DNA of 64,000 bases from Raillietiella orientalis (Eukaryota). The notes beneath the pieces were generated by a model that was not told the DNA's origin, searched no databases, and saw only the letters and a list, made by a program, of their open reading frames with translations. The position numbers and the translations under genes were made by a program. How positions within the stretch are numbered: the first letter of the stretch is position 1; every line of letters starts with the position of its first letter. Below are positions 47,201 through 59,200 of the stretch, piece after piece. The stretch spans positions 1,302,001 through 1,366,000 of the forward strand of contig JAYWIR010000012.1 in NCBI GenBank assembly GCA_036172245.1. Direction: 5' to 3'.

Positions 47201-50200
47201 CGCGCGCGCCCCGCGCGGAGAGGCCGCCCGATCACGTGAAGAGGGTCGCGTCAGCAGGCAGGCGATCACGTGCGGAGACCGCTCTTCTGAGGTCAGCACG
47301 GAGCGGCGCTGCCGCCGCCGCCGGCCGCGCGCGCGAGGGAGGCAGCCCCGGAGGCGGACACGTGGGACGGGTCGCCCGGGTTCCTCGCCGCTGTGACGGG
47401 CGGCGGCGGCGGCAGCAGGAACTCACCTTAGCGTGGGTGTAGTCGTGGGGCCCATAAGGAAGGCAGGCGTCCTCCTCGGCCGGGCGGTTCTTCTCCGCCT
47501 CCCGCTGCTTCTTGCGCCTCCGCCGGTGCTTCACGAGGACGGCCAGCACCATCAGGTAGATGGCGACGAGGACTCCCGCGCAAATGCCAATGACGAAGTA
47601 GTCGCCGGGCTTGTCCGCGCCCGCCATGCTCGCGGCGTGGTCCAGGTAATCTGGTGGGGGGGAGGGACGGTAAGACAGGGCCCGGGGCGACGGCCTCTGT
47701 GGTCACCTGTTATACCGGCCACCCGGAACGCCACGCAGGGGTGGAACTCCTCCCTCGTGCTGGGGGTCGTGACCTTGCACGTCAGGTGCACCAGTACGAC
47801 GCGCCCCTCGACCTGACGCCGCAGGGACTGGTCGCCGTACCACTAAGGGCAACAAAGAGAGGTGTTTGGGTCGATCCATGTCATCATCCCTCCCGCGTCC
47901 GGCGCGCGCGCGCGTCTCAAGCCCTCCTCTGTGCCGACCCGCCCCGATGCAGTCGTCGCCTCGGGGCAAGCACCGCTTATCCGGCGTCGCCGGGGAAACC
48001 GGGGCTAAAGGAACGCTCCCGACAGCCAGGACTGTCCCGTCTCCCGGGAAACCCTCCCTCTTTTTCTCACTCCTTCCCTTCGTCTCGCCCCCATCCAGCC
48101 GACACCCGGGTGGAGTCGGGCAGGAGGTGAGGAGCGACCCCCTCCCGAGAAAAGGCGTGAGCAGGTCGTCTCCTCCCCTTCCCCCCCCCCACGTGGTAGG
48201 TTTACGCGCGCAGCATCAGCGCTGAGCTCCCGACTGGATGCCCCAGTGAGCGGGCGATTTTCCAGACAGGTCGTCCCCTCGCTTTGGAGCCGCTATCTGC
48301 CGGGGTCTACGGGAGGGGCACCTCCCCTCCTCGAGCTGACGCCACGAACTCCCGGAGGATGCCCGGGAGGGTCGTCCACCTGCCGAGCTGACCACCCGCC
48401 CGGGAAGGGGAACGCAAGGGTTCGACCTGCCAGCCCTGTACGTCTCATCCGGGAGGGTCGATATGGGGGACATCCCGTGCCCGTCCGCTCGCGGGTCGGG
48501 GCATCCGACCCTCCTCCGCGCGCGAAGGGTTGAAGAGCCAACGGGGAGGGGCACTGCTGTTCAGGACCCGCACCTGAGCCCGCAGAGTCAACACCACCCC
48601 TGCGCGGCCTGTCTTGTCACAGGCGGGTGGACAGAGCCCGCTGTCTGCAGGCGGCAACTCCGCTCTTTTGACTTCCCTCACGCGCCGTGCCTGGATGCCA
48701 GCTCGCTTCCACGAGCTGCCCTTCCTCCGGGTCGCGTTGGTTCCCCGAGAACGCGCGCGGACACCCACCTGCAGGTACACGCGGGTCTCAAAGCGAAAAA
48801 GCTGGAAGGGGTTCTCGTTGGACGAGGTGTTTCCGAGGTCGGTCCATCCGTCCTGCCGCAGGAACTCCGCACGGGACGCCAGGCACACCGGCGGGGCGCT
48901 GGAGTCGGAGGCCTTGACTTCTGGAAGTGGAAAGGGTCTCGGAGGTTATACGTTGTGGGACGACTGCTGCGCAGTGTCGGAGAGCTGGGGTGGATCTCCG
49001 GCGATGGAACGTCCCCCTTTGGGTCGTCCTGTCCCTCAGCTCCCGAGACCTGGAGAGACGACCCGAACGCGCCCTCCGCCCCACTCGCGCCGTCCCTATC
49101 AGACGGTCGGGAGGAGACTATGGGACGGAGGGGCACGCGAGCCACTCTCAAATGCAGAGAGCAGCCGGGATCCGTCACCGTCGCTCCAAGGGGTGGGCTT
49201 GACCCCAACTTGACTTGACCGCTGCTGTCTGAGGGACACAGCGGCTGCACCCCGTACCTTTGAGCACGATCTGTGCCCTCGGGTGGACCAGCTGGTTCAT
49301 GTGGGGCATGAAGATGTACGGGATGGTCTCCTCGCCCTCGTGGCTGACGAAGTACGCCTGCGTGCACTCTGAAAGCACAGGTGGTTAGACCACGGGGGGC
49401 AGTGGAGAAAGACGAAGGACGAAGATGGAAAGAGGAAGAGAAGGAGGAGAAGGAAGAGAGGTGCAGGAGGAAGAGAAGGGAACTCAAGCCAGTGGGTAGC
49501 TGAAGAGGTCCAAGGCTCCTTTTCGAGTGGTAGACGAACCCACGCGCAAAAAGAGTCGGCAAAGCCCGCAGCCAGTCACGTGCGAGGCTCTTTGCCGAGA
49601 CTCCCCTTTTGCCCATCTTAGGGGACCAAGTTCCCCCTCGAGTCAGAGAGGCGGCGAGTGGCAAGGTAACGCGACGCCCGCACGAAGTCGGGAAGGCCAG
49701 TAGCCTAGGAGAGCCGTGCTGACCGCAGGGGACCGGAAAGGGACTTCAGGACGCCTTCTCTCTGGACCCCGCTCTTCCACCTAACCCAGGACTGGCGGGT
49801 CTAAAAGGCGGATCCGATCTCCTGGACGCCTTCGCGACCCGAGAGTCAGCGGGCCCTCCGAAGACCCAGCCACGCGGCGGTCAACTCGAGCACCCGCCAG
49901 CCACCGGATCCCGCCGAGCAGACGTTCCGACCAGCCGCGCACGCGCGCTGTGCCCGCTTTGCTTTCCAGCGGGCGACACGCACCCAGCACGACAACTAGG
50001 CTTCCGGGGCACCCTGTTCAGGCGCATCTGCCGGCGTCTGCTGCCACCGTCACGCGGCATGGGCCGTTGCCAAGGCGCGGGCACCTCCCGGAGCCCGAGC
50101 AGCGCACGGAATCTCTTCATGAGGTCCATCCACTGATGCTGGCGAGGGCGATCGGAAGCCGCGGACTCTCCCGTCCAGGAGCGTTCTTTGGGAGCACGCC

Positions 50201-53200
50201 CACTGCTTCCAAGCACAGATTTCTCTCTCCAATACCCCCAACTGCCGTTACGAAGAGCGCGCTGCCGCTCCGCTCGGTCTTGAGGTGTCTTCGAGTGCCG
50301 CGCCTGCCCTTTCGTGGGAGGGTGCGCCAGAGAGACCCTCGCTTGCCCCCGCTCCCGCTCCCGCCACCAGTATCATCTCCAGAACGCCCCGTGGGCTTCT
50401 CGCCCGTGGAGCTGCCCGAACAAAGAGCCGCCTCTCCCGGGCTGGACTCCTCGAAGAGGTTGACCGGCACCGGCCTTCCTCGGCGGGAGGACGGTGGCCT
50501 TTTCCCGGCGACTGCAACCGCGTCAGAATGCTGCTTCCGGCGAAGCCTTCAGGAGTCTCTGGAGGAACCGCGGGATCAGCTCTTAAGGCGCCTCGTCCTC
50601 CGGTACGCCACGAGGCGGCAAAGCGTGACGCGTGCTTCCCTGCAGCCCGGCCGCTCGTTACCTGCGGCGGCGGTGGAGTTGAATGCAAGGGCGGAGACGC
50701 AGCGCAGGGTCTCCTTTGAGGGACCAACCGCGCGCTCACAGAGGTAGGGACAAGGCGGCCGAAGGTTAGTCCAGGACCCCCCAGTGGTGGGCTTTCTTCC
50801 GCTCCAGCCACGGCCACCGCCTCTCGCGCGTCTTCACACGGAGATGAGGAGCTCTTCGTCTCCCTCCCGGTGGTTGCCGCTCAACATTTCCCAAAAGGGC
50901 ACAGATTGGTTCGTTGAAAACTGCTCTCTCGAGGTGGAAAACGTCGCGCCCTGCCGCACGCACCTCGCCGGGACGCCACCTCCCTGGAGGCGCGCCGCGG
51001 TGCGCGAAGAACTGCGTCGCCGGCTGAGCGCACTCGACCTCACCGGCGCCCGCTCTCGGGAGGCACTGGACGACGCGACACGCCCACCATCTGTCGCGTG
51101 ATGGAAGCGCAGTTCCGAAGTCTCTCAGGTACCCCACACGCCGTCCTCGCGTCTCTACGGCGATGGCGCGCATGAATTTTTCAGAAAGAACTTTTTTGTG
51201 TGTGTGCGTGCGTTGTTGCTCTGCACGCCAAAGAGACGCCGCTGCCTCTCCTGTGGTGCTGCCACACATCTGTCAACGCCGCCCTTGCGCCGCCTGACCC
51301 TTCCGCAGAGCTAACAAATGCAAAAATGCCTTTGCTCGTGTCTGGGATGCTCACGCACGCCTCGGTTCCGCTGATCTCGCGCCGTCCTTGGGCAGAACGC
51401 ACGGCAAAAGAAGAGGTGATTTACGAGCACCCAAGAGGGATGTCTCCTCCCCCTGCCACTCCAAAGTACCTTCTTTTTGCTGTACCCTCCTCTTTCCTTC
51501 CACTTCTTCCCTTTTTCTCCTTCCTTTCCTCCCCTTCCTTTTTTCTTCCTCCTCTCCCTCCTCCTCCTTTCCTTCTTTCCCTCCTCCCCTTCCCTTCCTT
51601 TACGAGGTGTCGACGTTTCGGAAGTCTGCAACTCTTGACTGAGTTGTCGTCAGGGATTGCGATCACCACGCAGCGTTTCGCAAATGGTTTCGCAGCGGCT
51701 GTTCAAGAACTGGCCTGTGTTACCAAGGAAGGGGAGGGGAGAGAGGGGGCGCGAAGGGTTGAGGAATTGCCAAGCGGCAGCGCCTCTGGCTTAGGAGGGC
51801 AAAAGGGGGCAGGAACTTCCAGCGCCGCCACAGCCACATCGCCTTGCCTGTCCACCTGCCTCATTTGCCGCGCGCACGGGGAAGCAGCACAGAGTACCTC
51901 AGGAGCCATCGTTCGCCTGGAGGCTCACGCAGCTCTTTAATGCTGCTCACGCCACCCAAGGGTGCGTGTCGACTCTTCTAGTTAGGGGGTACCCCGGGAG
52001 GAGGTATGGGAGGAAACTCACCCTATAAATCCCATGAAGGCTGTGGAAGGAGTCCGTTCCCCCTAAGCCTGATAGGGAGCCCGAAGGGAACCACCTCTTC
52101 CTCATTCTCTCCGGAGAGACCTCCCAGATGGGGTCGCCCTCGTTTCTTCTCCGGATGGCATCCTCAAGGGAACCGCTCCTCCTTTATTTCCTCCTCTGAA
52201 GAGAACTCGAAAGCAATGCAACCCGAAGGACGCAGTGCAATTCTGACACTCTGCAGGAGCAAACCCCCGAGGGGGGTATCCACAAGAACGATGGTACACG
52301 ATGGGGGGAGGAAGGACGGTTCCATTTGCACAACCGGAGGGAAGCCCCGAAGGGAACCGGACTCCTTAATTCCGTTTCCCGGAAGGACCTCGGTGGTCAA
52401 CTTCCTATCCTGGCCACTCTTCGGGGACATCCGATTTTTATCAGCTTCCCATCAGTGCCGCACCCGATTGTGGGCCAACCAGTGTTCTCTTTCAGGGGGG
52501 ACTCGCAACCCGAGACGCTCCCATTCCTCGGCCTCGGTCCTTCCACGGGAGGGATTCGAACCCACGATTCTCGGTACCACGGGCCGAGACCGCAGCTACG
52601 CGGACGCCGACGTGGCAGTGCTCCAAGGGGATGGATAACAAGACGGGTCTTACCCAATGAGGTTTCTCAATGGGGAAGGCCACAGTCTTCGGGGACTTTA
52701 GGCCTCGCCATGCTTGCCGACCAATTCTAACAAATTCTACGGGAACTTCTAAAGCTCAGCTCGCACAACCGCCTCCCCGCTTCGCAAGGGACCGCCGAAA
52801 GGACCGGCGCTGAGGATTTCGCACCTGCCTGCTGCCTAGAGATTGACATCTCTAAGTGCTCATCTTTGGTCGGCAGCAACATAAACGACACGCTGCTCCT
52901 GGAGAACCGAGAGGTGGGTCGATGAATGGCACTGCGACCTCTGCTGGCTCGGGAATGCCTCAGCACCGGTCCTGCCCTCTCTCTCAAGGAGCTGCAGTTT
53001 GGTTTCCCGCGCGCTCGCCAGAGGACTGCAGCATGAGAAGTAGCGCGGTGGCTGCGGGGAGCATGCGGACGGGCCGAAAGCGCGCCTCGGAGGAGATCCG
53101 CGAGAAGGGAGGAAACGGAGGAAGGGAGGGGGATGTCCTCAGTAGGAGGCAGGGGTCTTTGGAGGGGCCTCGGAATTAGAGGCAGACCAGAAGTCGCACT

Positions 53201-56200
53201 GTTCGGAAGGAAGGCGAACGGCGGGACGCGAGAGGCAGCAGCAGGGAAAAGGGATGGACGACTCCCCAACACCGGCTGGCATCCAGGGATCCTTGGGCGT
53301 CGGCTGCTACGGGAGAAGAGGAGTTCGGAATCGAGGGGCGAGGCGGGGGTTCTTCCGGAGATGGGCAGCAGTTCCGAAAGGGCCGCACGTTCCGGATGAA
53401 GTTGTCTGGAATTTGCGCCAGGGAGAGGGGCAGCAGCGCACGCCCCTGAAGGAGGGCGAAAGGAGGGAGATCAGGAGTCCCCCCTCATCTCCCCGTGAGA
53501 GGCTCTGGCAGAGACCCCTGCGCTCCAGGGAGACGCTAGAGGCAGGCGGACCTCGGAAGACCGGCGTGACCCGCTGCAGGAAGGGCGGCGTCCGCCCCAG
53601 GGAGGACGTGTCGGAAGTGGTTGCTGCTGCTATCCAGGGATCCCACCTCCCCCCTGTCTCTTCTAGGCTCCGGAGGGTATCAATCGTCACGTGACAGGGT
53701 TGCGAGGGGCGCTACGCCTTCCCAGCCGGACTCTGAGGTGCGGGGGTGGGTCACTCGAATCGTCTGGGAAACGGCCGTGCGAGGTGGGAGGTGGAGCGCC
53801 GGAAGGGCGGAAGCGGCTGATTGAAAGGATGGCCCCTCTGCCCGGCGGACCGGGGGAGTTGGGTCCGTGGAAGCGCTGTGGTCCGGATGCTGCGGCAGGA
53901 GGCACTCGGGGAGGCGAGGGAGGCGGCACCCTGCCCACGACCGTCGCCTCAGGCTGGAGGAACCGCGGGACCTCCGAGCTTCGAGCGCGCCCGCGACGGA
54001 GGAAGATGACTCCCGGGTCTCACTTGCATCGGGGTCCTCGAGAGCAATCGCCGCGGGGTAGTTGGCCCTCGCAGATGTCGCAACCTAAGCCCTGCGTGTC
54101 CGGTGGCCATCCCGAGGCACCTTGACCAAGGCACGCGGAAGGAAGGAGAGCAGAGCGCCGCTCCCGCCAGCGCGCGGCGGGAAGTCCAAACGCACGGTCC
54201 AGCCGTTTCCTAGCCCACGGAGCAAGCGGTGGAGTTCGTGCAGGGTGGTGTCGAGAGAGGGCACGAGGTCAAGTGGGAGGTCAGCGTAGGCGGGGAGACT
54301 CCCCACTTCACCGCCTGACAGAACTTCACCCCGGAGAACCAGCCCTGTGGCCATGGTCAGCGGATGGCGATCCGACTGACCTGGTCTACACAGCGTAAGT
54401 CGAGACCGCTGCTGACTTCCTCTCGCCGCTGCTTCCTCTCTCCCCTGGAGACCTCGGCAAATGCTGCCCACATCCCTCCGGGCAGGGACCATCCCAGAGC
54501 AGAGCGCTGCCAGTCTGGTTCCAGTGGCGACCTCCCTACCTCAACCGGCCCCGACTTTCGGTCTTTGCGTGGCGGAGGCTACCTGCCGGTGGAGGGTGCT
54601 AGCGAGCGCCAACCAGGGCAAACGCATTTTCGGTCCCACCACCTGTGACCCAGGGAAACGCCCGCCCATCGATGGCGCCAGCGCATCTGCCGCCGGGATT
54701 CCTCCGGAGAAGGAGCGGCTTTGTGGCGGGAGGAGAGACACAACGGGCCCGGGTGCTCCGGGCTGCCCACGGGGACTCCCCTCTCCGAGGGGTGGCAGCC
54801 GGGAGTCATCGCAGAGTCACAAGCGATCGCTGCCGCTTGGCGTCTCCCGAAGCGAGGACGGGGAGGAAGGGGGAGGGCACGGGGGAGGACAGCGAGCTTC
54901 CTGCGGGCTGCCCGCTGCCCCTATTGACGAGACCCTCGGTCGGAATTTTGGAGGAGGGAGGGAAGAGGATGCCGGATGAGGAGGGGGGCAGGCAGCCCAG
55001 TCCCTCGTGATTCCGAGAGCGAGATACGCGCGCTTCCCGGACCGGACTCCTCCTTCCTCCAGGCAAACCTGACCACGGGGGCAATTGGGGCGGCTTGACC
55101 TCCATCGCTCGCGGGGTTCCTGCAGCAGCGTCCTCGCGCGCGCCGGTCGGGTCCAAGTCCAGGAGAGTGGTTAGGCTGACAGCACGGGCACGCAGGCCCG
55201 TCCGCGCCGCTTCGTTCCAGCTCGATCCGCTGGGCGAAGCAGCGAGCTCGCGGGAGGATCGAGAGGGGAAAAAAAGTTGGTGGAAGGCGGCCCAGCGGGC
55301 GTGGCCCACTCTTCCCTCCCCTCCTTTTCTACCCTCCCTTCCAGGAAAGGCACGGCCCCGGGAAAAGACCAGCGCGGAGAAACGAGCACCAGGTTGGAGC
55401 CAGCGAAGCGACCCTGCCGTAGGCGCTAGGAGGTCTCGCTGGGTCGTCGGAGGTTTGCAGACCCTCACGTCCGGGGCAACGGCACGAACCGTGGGCTCCA
55501 CCGGGGTCGCCGCCACCCGGCGCCTCCTCCACCATTCCACGACGGCAGGAGCGGCTCGTCTCCCCCAAACCGCCCGGCGCTCCTTCGGCCCCGTTCCCGC
55601 CAGGAGGGCTCGAGATGGTGGATGCTCCTGGTGAGCCGTCGGTCTCCTCGTCCGAGCAGGAAGCCCAGCGGCTTCTCGCGGCGCGCCGCCCCCACTGCCG
55701 GCTTCCCTGCTCCTTCCAGCCGCTGGGCTCCGCTTTCACCCAGCACTTTTCCTCCAGCGCCTCGACCCAGGTCACATAGGTCATCCTTCCCACCCCAAGA
55801 TGCTGCGCGGATCAGCTCCTTGCTTCGGCCGTGCCCCTTGAGGGCCCAGGCCCGACTCCCTCGGGCAGTCATCCGTTCCAGGACTCGTCCGGTCCAGGGG
55901 CGGCTCCCTGCGAGACAGAGGTGCAGCGAGTAGGCTGAGGTCGAAAGAGAAGACGAAGAGCAAGGGGCCGGACGGTTCAGGTGGCAAAGGAAGGGCTTCT
56001 CTGTTCACCGGCCCAATACCCAGGGGACACCCTTCGCGGCTGGAGTCGCGTTCCTCACGCCCGAATGAGCGCCCAGACGGCGCGACGCAGGACGACGGCA
56101 ACGATGGCGCCCCTCGGCGCGACCAACGAACCTCCACGAGGAGGCATTGCTTGGGAGTCCTCAGCTGTGGGGCAGAGCTGAGCAGCTGCGGAAGGATGGC

Positions 56201-59200
56201 CTCCGAGTGCGCGCGTCTGTGACTTACCGCCGAGGAGTCAGCAACCCTTTCGGTTTCTCCCCGCAACCGTCCTGCTGCCCTCTTCCCTTTCCTTTTACGT
56301 GCCGTCCCCCTCCTGACATCCTGGGTTCAAAGCAGGAATCTCGCGAGGGACCCACCGCGCCGGGACGTAGGGTGGTCGCACGGGTGCTTCCTCCGGCGCG
56401 CTTGCTTCCCGGTTCCGGATACGCGCCACCGGGGATGCGGCGACTGCGAGTCCCCGACCGATTTCCCGGAGAGATCACTCGGCGCCCTGCCGAATCCGCC
56501 CACCCCCGTCACCCGTCTTATCCACGATCGAACCCGGCCGCATCCCGTTCGAAAACCCCACGTCCCGCGGGACCAAAGGAACCTGGTTCGAAGGGCAGGT
56601 CCGGAAGCGACCCTCCCCTGAGGGCACAGCGGACCAGAGTTCCCCTCCTGCCCTCACCAGCTACTCTCACGCGGCTGGGCTGGTAGCCTCCCGTGGTCAA
56701 GGTCCCGAATGCTGAGTCGCGGAAGATCCCGGAAAAAAGCAAATGGGGATGCGAATTCGGTACTTCGAGTGAGCATGCACGCAGAGATTAATACACAAAT
56801 CCATTTCAACATGCATATTTATGAAAATGTGTCGGAGCTGATGAAAATAAATAAATGTCCATTTCTTATTGTTCCCCATTATTTTCCATTGTCATCACAA
56901 GTCTTTATTTTCTATCATTCGATATCCATATATTCATTACATATATATTTATTTTATGTTTAAATACACATAGGGTATGCATTGAGTTTTCATGATCTTT
57001 ATAACTTATACGAGGATAATGCAATTAACAAGCATGTTAATAATGTGCACGTTAATAAGTAGTAATCAATGCATATGTTGAAAAGAATATTAAAAATATG
57101 TACGTCCATAAATATCGACAAAGCCTAAAGATATGCACGTCAGTAAATATCGATAAATATGCATATCAAAATAAACTTGCATATTAATCTATATATACAT
57201 AGCAAGCCGCCCGTGCTTATTTATTCTGGGATGTCGAAGTTTCGGAATCCGGGATTTTGATCGGTACCTCTCTGACGTAGCGGACATCCCCTCACTCTAT
57301 CCTCCCCTTATCAACGCACTCCCTTATCCCACCGACCAGCGTCGCTCGACTTGTCGTTGTGAAACCCCTCATCAGATCCAGCCTCATAATCGCGACCATC
57401 CCTTCATCATCCCAACCGACGCCCAACCGTGTTGAGGAACCAAGCCCCGCGCAAATCGGCCACTGCCCTGCTGGCCCGATGGCGATTCGGACAGCGGCCT
57501 GGAGAGAAGGCGGTCGCTCCTCTGCACCGAAGAGAGACCAGGAACGCTTGTTTGGTGGTCGCCGTGGACGCACCCCCATGCACGATTTCCTCAGACCTCG
57601 TTTGTAAGCCCCAGTTGCTTTCAGCTAGTCCCGAAACGCCGGTCGTCCAGAACACGCACGCGGCCCACCACAGGCACAAGGTGGACGAAGCCGCTCGCCC
57701 TCTTTCACAGTTGGTAAACGAATCGCTACAGGGTAAACGACGGTCGCATTTCCTCGAGGAGCGGTCTCTGTCGAGGTAGCCGGCGGCAAGGCGAGACGGG
57801 CTCCAGACGAGCCAAAAAATGGCACCTCCGTGCCAGTGTTGAAAACGGCGTCCAAGAGACCATGGCACGACATTAGCACTGCGCCAAGGGCATCCGAAAC
57901 CCAATGCCGCCCTGCATCGACTCCGACTTTCTCGTCTCAAGTGGATCCATGGGATCCCGACCCAGGAACGCGTTTCGAACGAACGCCAGCCAGTGAATAG
58001 GTCTCCGGAAGAAAGACGAATCGGGATCTCGACGTGCTTGCGTGCTTGTTCTCGACGGCCATGAGCCATCAGCGTCGGACCACCGCTCGTGGTCTCTTGA
58101 GAATTCTAACATCACCTGGAAGATCTCTGAAGCCGCGCACAGTACCTTCCTTCAAAAGAGCGAAGAGGCCGCATCCGAAGCTGCTGCTGCTGTTCCTCCT
58201 CTTCAGGAAGGAACTGCAGCTGCCTGTCGGTCCAAGTGGTGGCCGCGGCAAATGGGAAGCTGCTTTTGGCAACCGTTCCGCTGGAGTCTCATCAACGTCG
58301 TAGCGCCGGCCCGCTAAGCAGGATGACTCTCTTCGCCAAGGTTGTTGGCTCTCGCCTGGCTGTCCTTGACGCGTCAGCTGCCCTCAGCTCCCGGGCACGC
58401 GCATCCTCAAGATGACAAAGAACGGAGACGCACAGGGCGATGCAGGAGAAGAAGAGCTCAAGATCACCGGGCTTTTCTTCCCCGGATCCTCCTGTGAGTC
58501 TCCGTTCTTCCTCCTCTTCCCCCTCTCTCCAGACCGATAAGGGTTCCGCATCCCTCTAAGACCGGATGCTTGCTCTCTGGCTCTTAGCGAATTCCCGAGG
58601 TCAGAAGACGGCCTCCCTCCGGCACCTCCTGGACCCCGTCAGAGTCGATGGTTCGATGGAGAATAACAGCCCCGATCTTCTATTGAGAAGGAAGGCGGCA
58701 GGGGACGCGTTCGCTAGCTGCGGTCAGACGGGCGAAGTGGAGTCGCACGCGAGATGCGTCCCAACGCACTGAAGCGCGCGCGCGTAGCCGAATGTCCCGG
58801 CTCGTAGCGCGGGAAGACGCTTGGGCTGCTGACTTACCTGCTGACCCGTCCGTTCCCTCCTTCCCCTTCATCCCCATCGCAGCCCACCCGAAGGCCTGCA
58901 CTTTTCACGGCCGGCGGAGAGGAAAGCGAGGGCGACCACGGAACGGGTCGCCGTGGCAACCAGCCTGTCTGCCGCAGCCTGCGGCAAAACACGCGACGGA
59001 CAGGCGGCAGGCGACCTCGCCGGGCGGAAGCGCCGCCTGCCTCGGGAAGCGGCCGCCGGGAGCGGCCGGGAAAAAAAGGGCGCACGAGGGCACACTTACC
59101 TCTGATGGTGGTGACGCATTCGTGGGTGTCGTCGCGGAAAGTAGGGTATTCGTTGTCGCACTGGCACTGGCAGCGGTCCGTTGGCCCGCTGGAGGCCTTC

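Noticed and set aside
51480..51600. Long pyrimidine tracts (also ~4300-4410 and purine tract ~49405-49480)
   Set aside because: Ordinary low-complexity sequence with no further structure.
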